Assembly (NCBI GenBank): GCA_016839515.1
Contig: JAEOUE010000197.1
Location: 1-64,000, forward strand
DNA length: 64,000 bases
Reading direction: 5' to 3'
Source of the DNA: Candidatus Hodarchaeum mangrovi
GTDB lineage: Archaea; Asgardarchaeota; Heimdallarchaeia; Hodarchaeales; Hodarchaeaceae
Positions 10,466-20,543 of the stretch are shown one piece after another (within the stretch, counting starts at the first letter, position 1; each line of letters begins with the position of its first letter). The notes under the pieces were generated by a model. The model was not told the DNA's origin, did not search any database, and worked only from the letters and a program-made list of their open reading frames with translations. Both the position numbers and the translations under genes were made by a program.

Positions 10466-11589
10466 ATCCTAACACCTTTTTTCTCTTCAAAGACAAATTT
10501 TTGCTTCATGTTTCTAAAAACTATCCCATTAAACTTTATACCACTAAATTCATCACCTTCCTGAATATCTTCGATATAAAAAGTATCAATATAGGACAGA
10601 TCAAAAGATAACATGTCCATAATTTGTCCCAAATTTTCTTTTGGATCAATATTAATTAATTGATATTTTGTGAGATCTAAGTCTACCTTTTTAGGATTCC
10701 CTTCAATAAAGGATTTTATAGGAATTTTTTCTAATTTTTTCCTTTTAAAGTCCCAATACTCAATTTTTCCGTCTCCTGATGAAATTATTTGTAAAAAATT
10801 GTCATTAATAAGAATAAAATCACCAGTCTCAAAAGGAGGTAGATTAATAAGTACAACAGGTATTCTGGGATATTCTTTCCACTTTGATTTATCAAATCCC
10901 GAAAATTCTGTAGTGATACTTACTATTCCATTATAATTTTTAGCGAAGATTCTTCCAACATTGCTTGCAGAAGGTTTCGTTTGAAATAGAGCGTCTAAAC
11001 CATTTTTGACAAATAAAATTTTTGATAAAGGATTTTTACCATTGGATTGAGGGAAATTTGAACTCAAATTTTCAATTTCTGAGGCCCACTGTTTCAATGT
11101 GTTCTCAGACTCATCCTTTTGACTTCTTATTTGGATTTTAGAGGTATATACATCAGTGAATCTCTCACGACAATCAGGACAATCCCCCCAGTTTATATCA
11201 GCTTCAAAATTATCATTAAATTCTATTAAAGGACTAAATATGTCAGGGTTAGCGAAAAAATGAATTTTACCTATAATACTTATAGGAATATTGTCTTCAT
11301 TGAAGCTTAAATGGACATCTTCAAGAATTATATCTTTTGGACGATAATTAAATTTCCATTCTTTTACAATATATTTTGATAGAGCTGAATCTACTTTTTG
11401 GGAGCCAACATCTGCGAGGAAAAAACTTTTCCAATGTCCATTTATAAAAATTAACTCACAATGGATACAGGATACAATTTTAAGATTTATTTTTTCTCTT
11501 ATTAGTGTATTAGCCTCAATGTAACATTCTTTGCATTGGTGCTTAAAAAATTCTTCTTTTTTGCCACATATAATGCATTGAGAATCCAT
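10462..11589 (-). CDS. nmd3: NMD3 family large-subunit biogenesis protein
   Basis: N-terminal CxxC/CxxC/CxxC, later CPDC...YTSKIQIRS; typical NMD3-DUF424-aIF2beta gene order. Confidence 0.85.
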   Translation of the reverse strand: MDSQCIICGKKEEFFKHQCKECYIEANTLIREKINLKIVSCIHCELIFINGHWKSFFLADVGSQKVDSALSKYIVKEWKFNYRPKDIILEDVHLSFNEDNIPISIIGKIHFFANPDIFSPLIEFNDNFEADINWGDCPDCRERFTDVYTSKIQIRSQKDESENTLKQWASEIENLSSNFPQSNGKNPLSKILFVKNGLDALFQTKPSASNVGRIFAKNYNGIVSITTEFSGFDKSKWKEYPRIPVVLINLPPFETGDFILINDNFLQIISSGDGKIEYWDFKRKKLEKIPIKSFIEGNPKKVDLDLTKYQLINIDPKENLGQIMDMLSFDLSYIDTFYIEDIQEGDEFSGIKFNGIVFRNMKQKFVFEEKKGVRI

Positions 11590-11603
11590 TTAAATATCTT
11601 CCT

Positions 11604-11981
11604 TCACAAATATGGCATTGAAAAAATGAGAAGATGAGGCACTTTATCTCCATCTTTGGTTGAGAACCAAATCACTGCGTCTTCTGAGATCAGATTTTTC
11701 TCTAATCCTAGATTAATAACCGAACCAATTATATTAATATTGTTATAGCTTTTCATCAACTGGAGAGCTTCAAAAGCGCTAATTTCTGAGCCTTTATAAA
11801 ATTTTGAGGGGACTTGCATGGATGATTTTTCATTAAAAAGCGTTTTTCCTAAGATATTTTCGTCACAAATAGCTAAAATTTCATTCTTAGCTCTTCGATG
11901 AATTTTAAAAAAGACACGAGGACTATTATTTTTTTTTTCAGATTTATTATTTAACTGCGACACGGGCCCCACAGGCTTCAC
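11604..11981 (-). CDS. DUF424 family protein
   Basis: ILAICDENILGKT...FYKG motif. The true start is probably later than the ORF-track start. Confidence 0.85.
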   Translation of the reverse strand: MKPVGPVSQLNNKSEKKNNSPRVFFKIHRRAKNEILAICDENILGKTLFNEKSSMQVPSKFYKGSEISAFEALQLMKSYNNINIIGSVINLGLEKNLISEDAVIWFSTKDGDKVPHLLIFSMPYL

Positions 11982-12375
11982 ACACTTTTATAAGAATCCG
12001 CCCTTCCTTAACAAGTTTTGTATCAGGTTTGCTACATTCTTCACAAATAACGAATTCCTTCACATAAGTGGAAAGTTCCCTATTTATCATAGATCGAGAA
12101 AATTTACCTTGTAACATTAGACGTCCTCGTTCTTCAGTTGCAGATGTGGCGAAGTTTCCTGCAAGAGTCTTTGCTAAGTGATCCGCATCATTTTCACGGT
12201 TTATAACCTTTAATATTCGCCCCCAATCAGTGATCCAAGTTTTATTTCCTTCTTGAAAAACATCCGCTTGTGGTATTTCAAATCTGGATTTTTCGAATAT
12301 ATGTGCAGGTAGATTTTCTCTCGCACGTTTTAAAGAAGCTAAATAATCTTTTTCTGTTGTCATTTTAGTTATCAT
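11947..12375 (-). CDS. eif2b: Translation initiation factor 2 beta subunit
   Basis: RFEIP...GNKT and YVKEFVICEECSKPDT...CEACGA zinc ribbon. Confidence 0.95.
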   Translation of the reverse strand: MITKMTTEKDYLASLKRARENLPAHIFEKSRFEIPQADVFQEGNKTWITDWGRILKVINRENDADHLAKTLAGNFATSATEERGRLMLQGKFSRSMINRELSTYVKEFVICEECSKPDTKLVKEGRILIKVCEACGARVAVK

Positions 12376-12575
12376 CCTTATAATTAAGGCATTAGAAAAT
12401 TACTAATTAGTAATTTACTTAATTTAAGCATCATTTGCTTACCTAACACGTTGATTTACCTAAATTAAAATAAACTTAAATGACTTTGTTAAATGGAAAA
12501 TATGTTGGAAATAATTTTATCTCTGAATTGGTAGAAATTTAAAAATCAATAGATTTAGCATAATGGGTAGCTCAG

Positions 12576-13358
12576 ATGATTAGAAGGAAAAAAGAAATAA
12601 GACAAGTTTTTGAATTAATAAAGAATAGTGATCTTATTCTTGAGGTATTAGATTCTAGGATTCCAAATCTCACAAGAGTTTCTTCAATTGAGAAAGAAGC
12701 TAAAAAACAAAATATTCCATTAATCTTAGTTTTAAACAAATGTGATTTAATCCCCTATCAAATTAGCGAAAAAACCAAAAAGAAGTATAATCGTGAATTT
12801 CCGACATATTATATATCTTCAAGAGAGCGTCAAGGAACAAAAATATTTAGGAATGCAATCCCACGATATTTAAAAAAAAAGAAAGAAAATGTTTTATCCA
12901 TAGTTGGAGTACCAAATACAGGAAAAAGTAGTTTATTAAATATTCTTCGTGGAAAGCATGTTGCAGTTACAGGACAAAAACCAGGAGTAACTCGTAGTCC
13001 TCAGTTAATACGAATTTCACAACGGATCCTTATTTACGATACACCTGGAGTGATCCCTTTCGATTACCCTGAAGACGATCTACAAGTTTTTTTAGGAGCA
13101 TATTCAATCGATAATTTAGATGATCCTATTGGTACAGTAAATTTTTTTATAGATCGAATCCGAGAAAATTATAGCTCTGGGTTTGTCAATTATTACGGAA
13201 TTACTTCAATAAACTTATCTAATGAGGAAATTCTAAAGCAAATTGCAGCTTTAAGGGGCATGAAATCCAAGGGAGGGTTATTAAATCTTTTAGAAACTGC
13301 AAAATTGGTAATGAGGGAATTTACAGCTGGAAAAATCCAATATTGGGAGGAAGTTTGA
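12576..13358 (+). CDS. Circularly permuted GTPase, YlqF/RbgA (Lsg1/Nug1-like) family
   Basis: G4 NKCD precedes G1 GVPNTGKSS; PGVTR; DTPG. Confidence 0.92.
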   Translation: MIRRKKEIRQVFELIKNSDLILEVLDSRIPNLTRVSSIEKEAKKQNIPLILVLNKCDLIPYQISEKTKKKYNREFPTYYISSRERQGTKIFRNAIPRYLKKKKENVLSIVGVPNTGKSSLLNILRGKHVAVTGQKPGVTRSPQLIRISQRILIYDTPGVIPFDYPEDDLQVFLGAYSIDNLDDPIGTVNFFIDRIRENYSSGFVNYYGITSINLSNEEILKQIAALRGMKSKGGLLNLLETAKLVMREFTAGKIQYWEEV

Positions 13359-13537
13359 CAATTAATCATAGATTAATTTTTTTCATCACAATTTATTTTG
13401 CATAAATGAAAGTAAGATTCCAAATAATTTGATCAAACCTAATTAAATTATTTGATGAATCACTCCTTCCAATTAAATATAAATTAAATATCTAATTCAA
13501 TTTAATACTAGAAGCTTGATAATTAAAGGCGATTTCC

Positions 13538-15088
13538 GTGGATATAGACAAAGAAATGAAACTTTTTCTTGAAAAAATAATAGCCTATGCAAATAAAACT
13601 GGTATAGCACATTTGACTGGGAATATTTATGGAGGATTAGCAGGATTTTGGGATTATGGTCCTATAGGTGTGGAAATTAAAAACCGAATAAAGGAAGCTT
13701 GGTGGAACGATTTTGTAAGAAATCGAGAGGATATCGTGGGTTATGAAGGAGCTATTATAACTCATCCGAAGGTTTGGGAAGCTTCAGGACATGTTTCCAG
13801 CTTTAATGATCCCTTAGTATTTTGTCAGGGTAAATGTATGAAGAAACATCGTTTGGATCATCTTATTGAAGATCTATTAGATCTGAAAACTGAAAACTTA
13901 ACTGTTGATCAGATGTGGGTGATTGCTAAGGAAAAGAAGTTATATTGCCCTGAATGCAAGGGAACTTTAGGAGAGCCAGTTATTTTCAATCTAATGTTCA
14001 GTACACAGGTAGGTTCTACAGAAGACACTTCCTCAATCGCCTATTTAAGACCAGAAAACGCTCAGTTGATTTTTTCAGGATTTAAAAATGTTATTGATTC
14101 AACTAGGGTTAAAATGCCATTTGGAATAGCTCAATCAGGTATAGTTTTTAGAAATGAAATCTCACCTAGAAATTTCTTATTTAGAGTACGAGAATATGAA
14201 TTGATGGAATTTGAATATTTCACGAATCCAGATAAAATTAATGAGTGTCCTCAATTTGATGATATTAAAGGAAGAGAAATCAATATTCGTGATAAAATTG
14301 CTCAAGAAAAAGGGGATAAAGTTGAATTCAAGCGCTTAAACGCCCAAAAGGCATGGGAAAAAAAGATATTTAAAAATAAATGGCAAGCATATTGGCTCAC
14401 AATATTTTTTGAATGGTTTGTCAATAATTTAGCTATTACAGAAGAAAAATTACGTTTAAGACAACACATGGAGTCAGAACTTAGCCATTATGCGTTAGAT
14501 ACATGGGATATTGAATATAGATATCCTTTTGGGTGGAAAGAACTTTTAGGCTGTGCAAATCGAACTCAATATGATCTTCAACAACATAAGGAATATTCCA
14601 ATGTTAAAATAGAATTCATGGAAGATACTGAAGAAGGAATGCAAAGATATATTCCTTATGTAGTAGCTGAACCATCAGTTGGTTTAGGTAGAATATTACT
14701 TACTCTAATTGCAGATGGTTATCAGGAAGATATTGTTAAAGGTAGGAAACGAATAGTTTTGAAAATTCATCCAAGATTTGCTGCATATGATGTAGCAATC
14801 TTCCCATTACAAAAGAATGACAAAATTAATTTAATTGCACGAAAAATATATGAAAAACTAAAAGAAGAGCGATTCGTTGTATATTATGATGATAGCGGAT
14901 CGATAGGGAAACGTTATCGTCGTCAAGACGAAATAGGAACCCCTTATTGTGTTACGATTGATTTTGACACATTAGATGACAATCAAATCACTATTAGGAA
15001 CCGAGATTCAATGGAACAGAAACGAATACCGATTGCTAATCTTGTAAATGAGCTTAAGGATAATCGTGAGCATTATAATAGGCAATAA
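13538..15088 (+). CDS. glyS: Glycine--tRNA ligase (alpha2, archaeal/eukaryotic type)
   Basis: GFWDYGP, ASGHV, YLRPE, FRNEISPRN, EPSVGLGR and SGSIGKRYRRQDEIGTP motifs. Confidence 0.96.
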   Translation: MDIDKEMKLFLEKIIAYANKTGIAHLTGNIYGGLAGFWDYGPIGVEIKNRIKEAWWNDFVRNREDIVGYEGAIITHPKVWEASGHVSSFNDPLVFCQGKCMKKHRLDHLIEDLLDLKTENLTVDQMWVIAKEKKLYCPECKGTLGEPVIFNLMFSTQVGSTEDTSSIAYLRPENAQLIFSGFKNVIDSTRVKMPFGIAQSGIVFRNEISPRNFLFRVREYELMEFEYFTNPDKINECPQFDDIKGREINIRDKIAQEKGDKVEFKRLNAQKAWEKKIFKNKWQAYWLTIFFEWFVNNLAITEEKLRLRQHMESELSHYALDTWDIEYRYPFGWKELLGCANRTQYDLQQHKEYSNVKIEFMEDTEEGMQRYIPYVVAEPSVGLGRILLTLIADGYQEDIVKGRKRIVLKIHPRFAAYDVAIFPLQKNDKINLIARKIYEKLKEERFVVYYDDSGSIGKRYRRQDEIGTPYCVTIDFDTLDDNQITIRNRDSMEQKRIPIANLVNELKDNREHYNRQ

Positions 15089-15613
15089 TTTAATTAGTAT
15101 AAGTGATCTTAGAAAAAATGATAATCAAAAAAAGATTGGAATCATAATAATTAAATTTCAAACATGATAAAAACAATCATTATTTTATAATTATTTAATT
15201 CAAGAAAATAGAAGGGTTATACAGTGGAAAGAGATATTTTAAGGTTTTTCAGAAAGGATTATTTTATTGCAGATTACTTTGAAGAAGAATCTTTCCACCA
15301 AGGTTACCATAAATTCCAAAAAATTTCCCAGATATTAGAATTAGAAAAAATCTTTTTACCAAAAATTTCTGAGGATTCTTCAAAGGGATTTTTTCCAATC
15401 TATAAATGTATACCATGCTGATCGCAGTAAAAATAAAAAATTGTCAATTAAAGAACTTGAACAATAAATAAAGGTGGATTCTATAAGTTAATGAAGATGA
15501 TTCTTTAATAGGTAATAATTAAATAATCTAATGATCGAAATGAAGAATGTCTTAGATAGAAGTAAAAAAGCACTGGTTTATCAAATTAATACTTTTGAAA
15601 GGTGTATTAATTA

Positions 15614-16867
15614 ATGGTTACATGGAAAAGCGTATTTTCTCTAGGTGGTGTTGAGGATGAAATAATAGAACTTTTTGATGTTGCCTCAATTGTTGATTGG
15701 GATCCAGAATTTAAAGGAAGATATATTAAAGGCTTTTTTGAGACAATTTATACATGGATTATAGCCTTGAAAGAGGTAACACGCAATGAAGTTAATTATT
15801 TGCCATCAAATTTCCTAATGGTTGTTGGAAGAAAATGGGGTGACCAAAAACAAAAATCAATACCCCTTGGAGTTTTATTCGAATTCTCTGAAGGTGATCT
15901 GAACTTACGTGCAATTGGACCAAAAAGTTTGTCTGAAAAGGCGGGAGAAGACAGTAATCTTCTGTTAACTTATATTGATGAGTTATTTGATAAACCAAAC
16001 TTGTGGAGAAGTAAAATTATAATCTCCGCCAAAAGTAAAAGTGAATGGAAAATCTTAGCGGATAGCATCGAAGAAAGGCCATGGGATTTAATTGAACAGG
16101 GGAGAAAGCTTTCAGGAACAGATCCAAAAAGGGCTAGTGATAGTTTTAAGAAAGCGTTAAGTATTTTTGATGTTTTATCTGATAGCAATGGAAGATTCCA
16201 CGCCATTTTTGCATTAGCTGAATTATATTTACAATTGAAGAATTATGATGCTTCAAAAGAACAGCTAGATAAAGCTTGGGAATTAGCATCTCAATTAGGA
16301 GATCCTATGCTTGAGGAAAATGTACTAAGTACAGAAGGAGTTCTTTTGTATGAACAGAAATTTTTTGAACAGGCATCATCTAAATTTATTCAAGCTTTAG
16401 AAAGGGCTAGGAAAGCAAATAAACATAATTTTGTGGTGAATGCTTATTCAAATATTGGAGAATGTTATTATCGAATGAATATGATAGAACGAGCAATGGA
16501 AAATTTCGAGAAATCTCATTCTCTTTCTGAAGAAAGGAATGACAGAAAAAATTTAGCTCGGTCAAAAATAAACCTTGCAAAAACATTAAAAATATACTTC
16601 AAACAAGGGGACAGTTCTAGCCAATCGCAAGCAGAATGGTATTTGAAGGAAGCTATTGACCTCTCAGAAGAGGTTGGTGATAATTTAGGGGTAATGTGTG
16701 CTAGTGGAGAAATCGGGGAGATAGAGGAAATCGCACAGAATTATGAGGGTGCTCTCATGTATTATGAAGCTGCTGCTGAAAAAGCCCGACAAATAACTTC
16801 CCATCAATATCAGGAATATTATAGAAATAAGGCTCAACGAATGAAAAATATGCTATATGATGCATAA
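15614..16867 (+). CDS. TPR-repeat protein with an uncharacterised N-terminal domain
   Basis: About five 40-aa TPR-like repeats (AYSNIGECYYRMN, ALERARKAN) in the C-terminal half. Confidence 0.8.
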   Translation: MVTWKSVFSLGGVEDEIIELFDVASIVDWDPEFKGRYIKGFFETIYTWIIALKEVTRNEVNYLPSNFLMVVGRKWGDQKQKSIPLGVLFEFSEGDLNLRAIGPKSLSEKAGEDSNLLLTYIDELFDKPNLWRSKIIISAKSKSEWKILADSIEERPWDLIEQGRKLSGTDPKRASDSFKKALSIFDVLSDSNGRFHAIFALAELYLQLKNYDASKEQLDKAWELASQLGDPMLEENVLSTEGVLLYEQKFFEQASSKFIQALERARKANKHNFVVNAYSNIGECYYRMNMIERAMENFEKSHSLSEERNDRKNLARSKINLAKTLKIYFKQGDSSSQSQAEWYLKEAIDLSEEVGDNLGVMCASGEIGEIEEIAQNYEGALMYYEAAAEKARQITSHQYQEYYRNKAQRMKNMLYDA

Positions 16868-16893
16868 TAAAAACTTTGGATGATTAAGGAAAT

Positions 16894-17298
16894 TTATCCG
16901 AGAATTTCCCCTATTTTTCTTGCAGCTTCCTTTAAATCAAGGAACAATAATCCTAATTTGACAGTTCGATTTGCTGATGCAGTAAGGACAGCTTTTGTAC
17001 CAGCTTGTACTGAAATCAAATAACCACTGTCTCCTTCAACTAATATCCTACTCATTTCTCCTTTACCTGTTTCCATAACTGCTCTCTCTCCTAAACTCAA
17101 TATAGCGGCAGTCATTGCTGCAATACGAACATCATCTAATCCTTGTGGTAATATGGGAGGGAATGAAGAAATTGGTAATCCTTCTAAAGAAACTACACTG
17201 GCAAAATCGATAGCTGGGAGTTTACTAACAAAAGCTTCCAGTACCTCAATGATTTCTTTATGAATTTGGAGGTCTGTTTCAGAATCTGGGATATACAT
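16894..17298 (-). CDS. Roadblock/LC7 (MglB-like) protein
   Basis: ASVVSLEGLPI, RIAAMTAAILSLGER and KLGLLFLDLK motifs. Confidence 0.93.
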   Translation of the reverse strand: MYIPDSETDLQIHKEIIEVLEAFVSKLPAIDFASVVSLEGLPISSFPPILPQGLDDVRIAAMTAAILSLGERAVMETGKGEMSRILVEGDSGYLISVQAGTKAVLTASANRTVKLGLLFLDLKEAARKIGEILG

Positions 17299-17618
17299 CT
17301 TAATAACGCCTTTTAGTCAGATGGAAGTTCCTTTTTTACGTTTTAAAGGGTTTTATGAGTGATAATCTGAATCGAATCAATAAATTGAGATATGCAACTG
17401 CATTTTTCTCAATCTTCTATTTAACTATATCCATTTTCACCTAGAAGACCCTGTATAAATTATATACCTCTAGAATAATAATATAAAATAGCTGTGGAAT
17501 ATACTAATAATATTTGAAGATTAATAATACCATGGGCATTTATACTTTAGGAAAGCTATAAAAAAGAGTAAATATTTTTAGTTAAAATTTGGAAGCAACT
17601 TCAAATATGGGATTGTAA

Positions 17619-17879
17619 TTGAAAGAGATTAAGAAAGAAAGGAAATCCGAATTTACACAAGAACCAGTTCTATTTCAAATCGGAAAGAAAGGAATTACTG
17701 AAAACTTGATAGAAGAGCTAGAAGATCAATTGAAACAAAAAAAATCAGTGAAAGTAAGATTCTTAAAAAATTCGCCCTATAATAATCGTGAGGAAGCATT
17801 CGAAGTATTAAGACAAAGCTTACCTGCAATGGCAAAGATAATTGAAATAAAAGGTTGGACCGCTATAATCAATTCCTAG
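17619..17879 (+). CDS. YhbY/CRM RNA-binding protein
   Basis: QIGKKGITENLIEELEDQLK...VKVRFLK motif. Confidence 0.85.
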   Translation: MKEIKKERKSEFTQEPVLFQIGKKGITENLIEELEDQLKQKKSVKVRFLKNSPYNNREEAFEVLRQSLPAMAKIIEIKGWTAIINS

Positions 17880-17907
17880 GAAATTATCTGGATTTTTTTT
17901 AAATATT

Positions 17908-18498
17908 TTAATTTCCTTTTCTCTCAAAATAAATTTGTGTCATTAGAACTTCTCTTGCAAGAGATTGAAATGCTCTTTTTATACCAATACCTGTCGTAGC
18001 AACGGTTTCATAAATCGGAAAATTGTTCAATTCAAGTTTTTTTATGAGCTCAGTTTTTGAGACTGCATCTGGGACATCTCTTTTATTTAAAGCTATAATT
18101 AATGGTATATTTTTGCCAAGCTGATCATTTAAATGCATTTTTAGTTCTCTGAAGGATTCTATATTCTCATTGAGTTGTGAAGCACTCGAATCTACAACGA
18201 AAAGGACTCCATCAACTCCTTGAAGCACAATTTTACGCTGGTTTTTATGTCTCTCTTGTCCAGCTGTCGTATATACATCAAATACAACTCCTTTAGTTGC
18301 TTGCATTGGCACAAAATCAAAAAACAGCGTTCTTCCCATTGGATCTTCGATTTTTGTGAATTTTCCCTTCTCTAATCCATCAACCATTTTATATAACCAA
18401 GCAAGTGTGGTAGTTTTTCCACAGAGAGAAGGTCCATAGAAAACAATTTTAAATCTCTGTCGACCTTCAGCATCTTTTCGCATCCAAGTCTTCTCCAT
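17908..18498 (-). CDS. MglA-family small GTPase
   Basis: KIVFYGPSLCGKTT, GRTLFFDF, TTAGQ, VLQGVDGVLFVVDS and NKRD motifs. Confidence 0.92.
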   Translation of the reverse strand: MEKTWMRKDAEGRQRFKIVFYGPSLCGKTTTLAWLYKMVDGLEKGKFTKIEDPMGRTLFFDFVPMQATKGVVFDVYTTAGQERHKNQRKIVLQGVDGVLFVVDSSASQLNENIESFRELKMHLNDQLGKNIPLIIALNKRDVPDAVSKTELIKKLELNNFPIYETVATTGIGIKRAFQSLAREVLMTQIYFERKGN

Positions 18499-18528
18499 TA
18501 AGAAAAGGAGTAGATTAAAGAAGATTTT

Positions 18529-19023
18529 TCAGAATTTTTCTAATTCACGCAATGCTGCTTCTAATTCATCTTTTTCCAAGCTCGTACGAACCTCAGGAAC
18601 AGCAGAGGGTGTTCCTGTTATCTTTCGTGTTGGTCTTCCAGCCAAAAATTCATCTAAAATTGAACTTAGTTCCTCATTCGCCTTTCTCATTAGTAAGCGA
18701 ATCATACCAATATTTACGTCTGCATCCGAAATGATTGTTAAAATACCCCTACCACATGCGCTAGCAAAGATTTTGCCTGTATCAAATTCAGACGTAACAA
18801 TGTCTAATCCACCAATTGTTAGGTTTGATCCTTGTTCTGCTGAAGCCATAAATACTGCGGATGCGATGGCTCCGATCCCGTCTACATCAACTGAAACATA
18901 GCTGAATTTCGAAACATGAGCGATAGTGAGACCAGTTCGATCAACAAGAATAACTTTCTTAATACCTGGCTCGCTTTTTATGATCTTGCTTAGTACTGTG
19001 TCAAATCTCCTAGGATCAATCAA
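18529..19023 (-). CDS. Roadblock/LC7 (MglB-like) protein with C-terminal extension
   Basis: VILVDRTGLTI, GAIASAVF and VNIGMIRLLM motifs; directly upstream of the MglA-like gene. Confidence 0.9.
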   Translation of the reverse strand: MIDPRRFDTVLSKIIKSEPGIKKVILVDRTGLTIAHVSKFSYVSVDVDGIGAIASAVFMASAEQGSNLTIGGLDIVTSEFDTGKIFASACGRGILTIISDADVNIGMIRLLMRKANEELSSILDEFLAGRPTRKITGTPSAVPEVRTSLEKDELEAALRELEKF

Positions 19024-19196
19024 TAACTATAGCTCCTTGTAAATAACTTGCAAGTTAATTGTATAAACTCGCTTTTCATTTCCTTAAATTCATTTCAATA
19101 TTGAATATTAATAAATCTAGCTCATTAACATTTAAGGTTAGTTAATTTTGATTTAAGACCTGTTTAAATGGTATTATAAATTCGATCATAGATTTC

Positions 19197-20015
19197 TTAA
19201 GGGATTAAATAACTCAAAGTAATAAATAAGATGTTTCCAATAAGAATTTCTGTGATGAAGCCAAGTGTAAGGATTAGAATAAAGGGGTAGGATGGTTGAA
19301 CCCAGATAGTTTGTTTCTTTGTGTTTTTTATAGAAGTAATAATTAATTTTTTTCGTTTAAAATCATTTTCAGGATTATCTAAACCTAATCGAAATTTTAT
19401 TCTCCAACCAGTATCTTGATCATATTCTTCTAAAAAGTCAAAATGCCATGGCTTAGTTTCCATTTCAGTACTAATTTTAACCGTATTTCGTGGATATCCA
19501 ATAAATAAAACAGCTATTTTGTTTTTCAGAGATTCTTGTTTAAACTTATATAAATCAGACTGAATTAACAAATGAAAGCAATTATAGAAGAAAAGAATAA
19601 ATGGTACCGGTACAGTAAGCAAGATAGCATTTGACAATAAAGAAAAACTACGGGGTACTATTTTTATTAGTACTTCAACTCTATTATCACCTAGAATAAA
19701 AACAGGAACTGTCATTGGTGAACAAACAGCAATAGCTATTAATGCAAACATATCTGCACCTCCCCATAACCCTCCCAAAAGAAGAATTAGAGCGATTATA
19801 ATTGCAACGATTAAGTTTCCACTCCAGTTTATGAAATAATTAAAAAATGGTTCTTTATTAAGGATAAATGTAAGTATCTGTATTAAATGAAGAATAATCC
19901 CTCCAAAAATCATTATTAACCAAACCCAGTCCGCAACTTCGCGATATTTGATGTCAAAATAGGAAGCAATAAGGAGAAGGAATAATGAAAAGGATATAAG
20001 TATAATACCAATCAT
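19197..20015 (-). CDS. Prepilin/preflagellin peptidase (A24, PibD/FlaK-like)
   Basis: ASYFDIKYREVADWVW, GGAD aspartyl motif and C-terminal IWVQPSYPFI. Confidence 0.9.
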   Translation of the reverse strand: MIGIILISFSLFLLLIASYFDIKYREVADWVWLIMIFGGIILHLIQILTFILNKEPFFNYFINWSGNLIVAIIIALILLLGGLWGGADMFALIAIAVCSPMTVPVFILGDNRVEVLIKIVPRSFSLLSNAILLTVPVPFILFFYNCFHLLIQSDLYKFKQESLKNKIAVLFIGYPRNTVKISTEMETKPWHFDFLEEYDQDTGWRIKFRLGLDNPENDFKRKKLIITSIKNTKKQTIWVQPSYPFILILTLGFITEILIGNILFITLSYLIP

Positions 20016-20270
20016 CCGAGTTACCTTTTTAAAAAATTAAGAATAATTACCTTCCTTTACAATATTCTTTTTATTTCTTTAGCTAATGGATTTACTTTAA
20101 CATCCTTTTGTTCTCCTTATAATATTCGAGTAAAAAGAATTTAGAAGGACTAGAAAGAAGAGGACATAAGTTAAAGATTATTATTTAGTCACAATGGTTT
20201 TAAATGTGTAGGATGGGAGAGAGAATTAGAATAATTTTTACTAAAAAAGAATTTTTAGTACAGAACTTTA

Positions 20271-20376
20271 GCCACCGTGGCTTAGCTAGGTTATAGCGCC
20301 TCCTTGGTATTTGTTCCTAGCTTGGTAATGGCAAACAATCAGGAGGATGTCGCGAGTTCAAATCTCGCCGGTGGCT
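20271..20376 (+). tRNA. tRNA-Thr(GGU) with a 31-nt intron at 37/38 (20310-20340)
   Basis: Acceptor stem GCCACCG/CGGTGGC; anticodon stem CCTCC/GGAGG with loop TT-GGT-A|A; T arm GCGAG-TTCAAAT-CTCGC; U73 discriminator; CCA not encoded. Confidence 0.93.
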
Positions 20377-20543
20377 TCACTTTATACAATCATCAAAGGT
20401 TATAAATTATCATAAAAAAAGGATAATGTCTTAATATCTTAAAATAGAAGTAAAATCCTTAATTCAATAAAGATTATAATGAAATCATTCTTTTACTAAA
20501 TAATATTTTGAGGAGTCCTCTTTAATATTCTTGAAGTGATTGG

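Noticed and set aside
15224-15421. 65-aa ORF in the glyS-TPR intergenic region
   Set aside because: GTG start, no recognisable motif or RBS; probably chance in AT-rich DNA.
20239-20260. 9-bp inverted repeat upstream of the tRNA (TACTAAAAA/TTTTTAGTA), and possible integration at the tRNA
   Set aside because: The repeat is almost pure A/T. No integrase or duplicated tRNA 3' end was seen, and the flanks are housekeeping genes.
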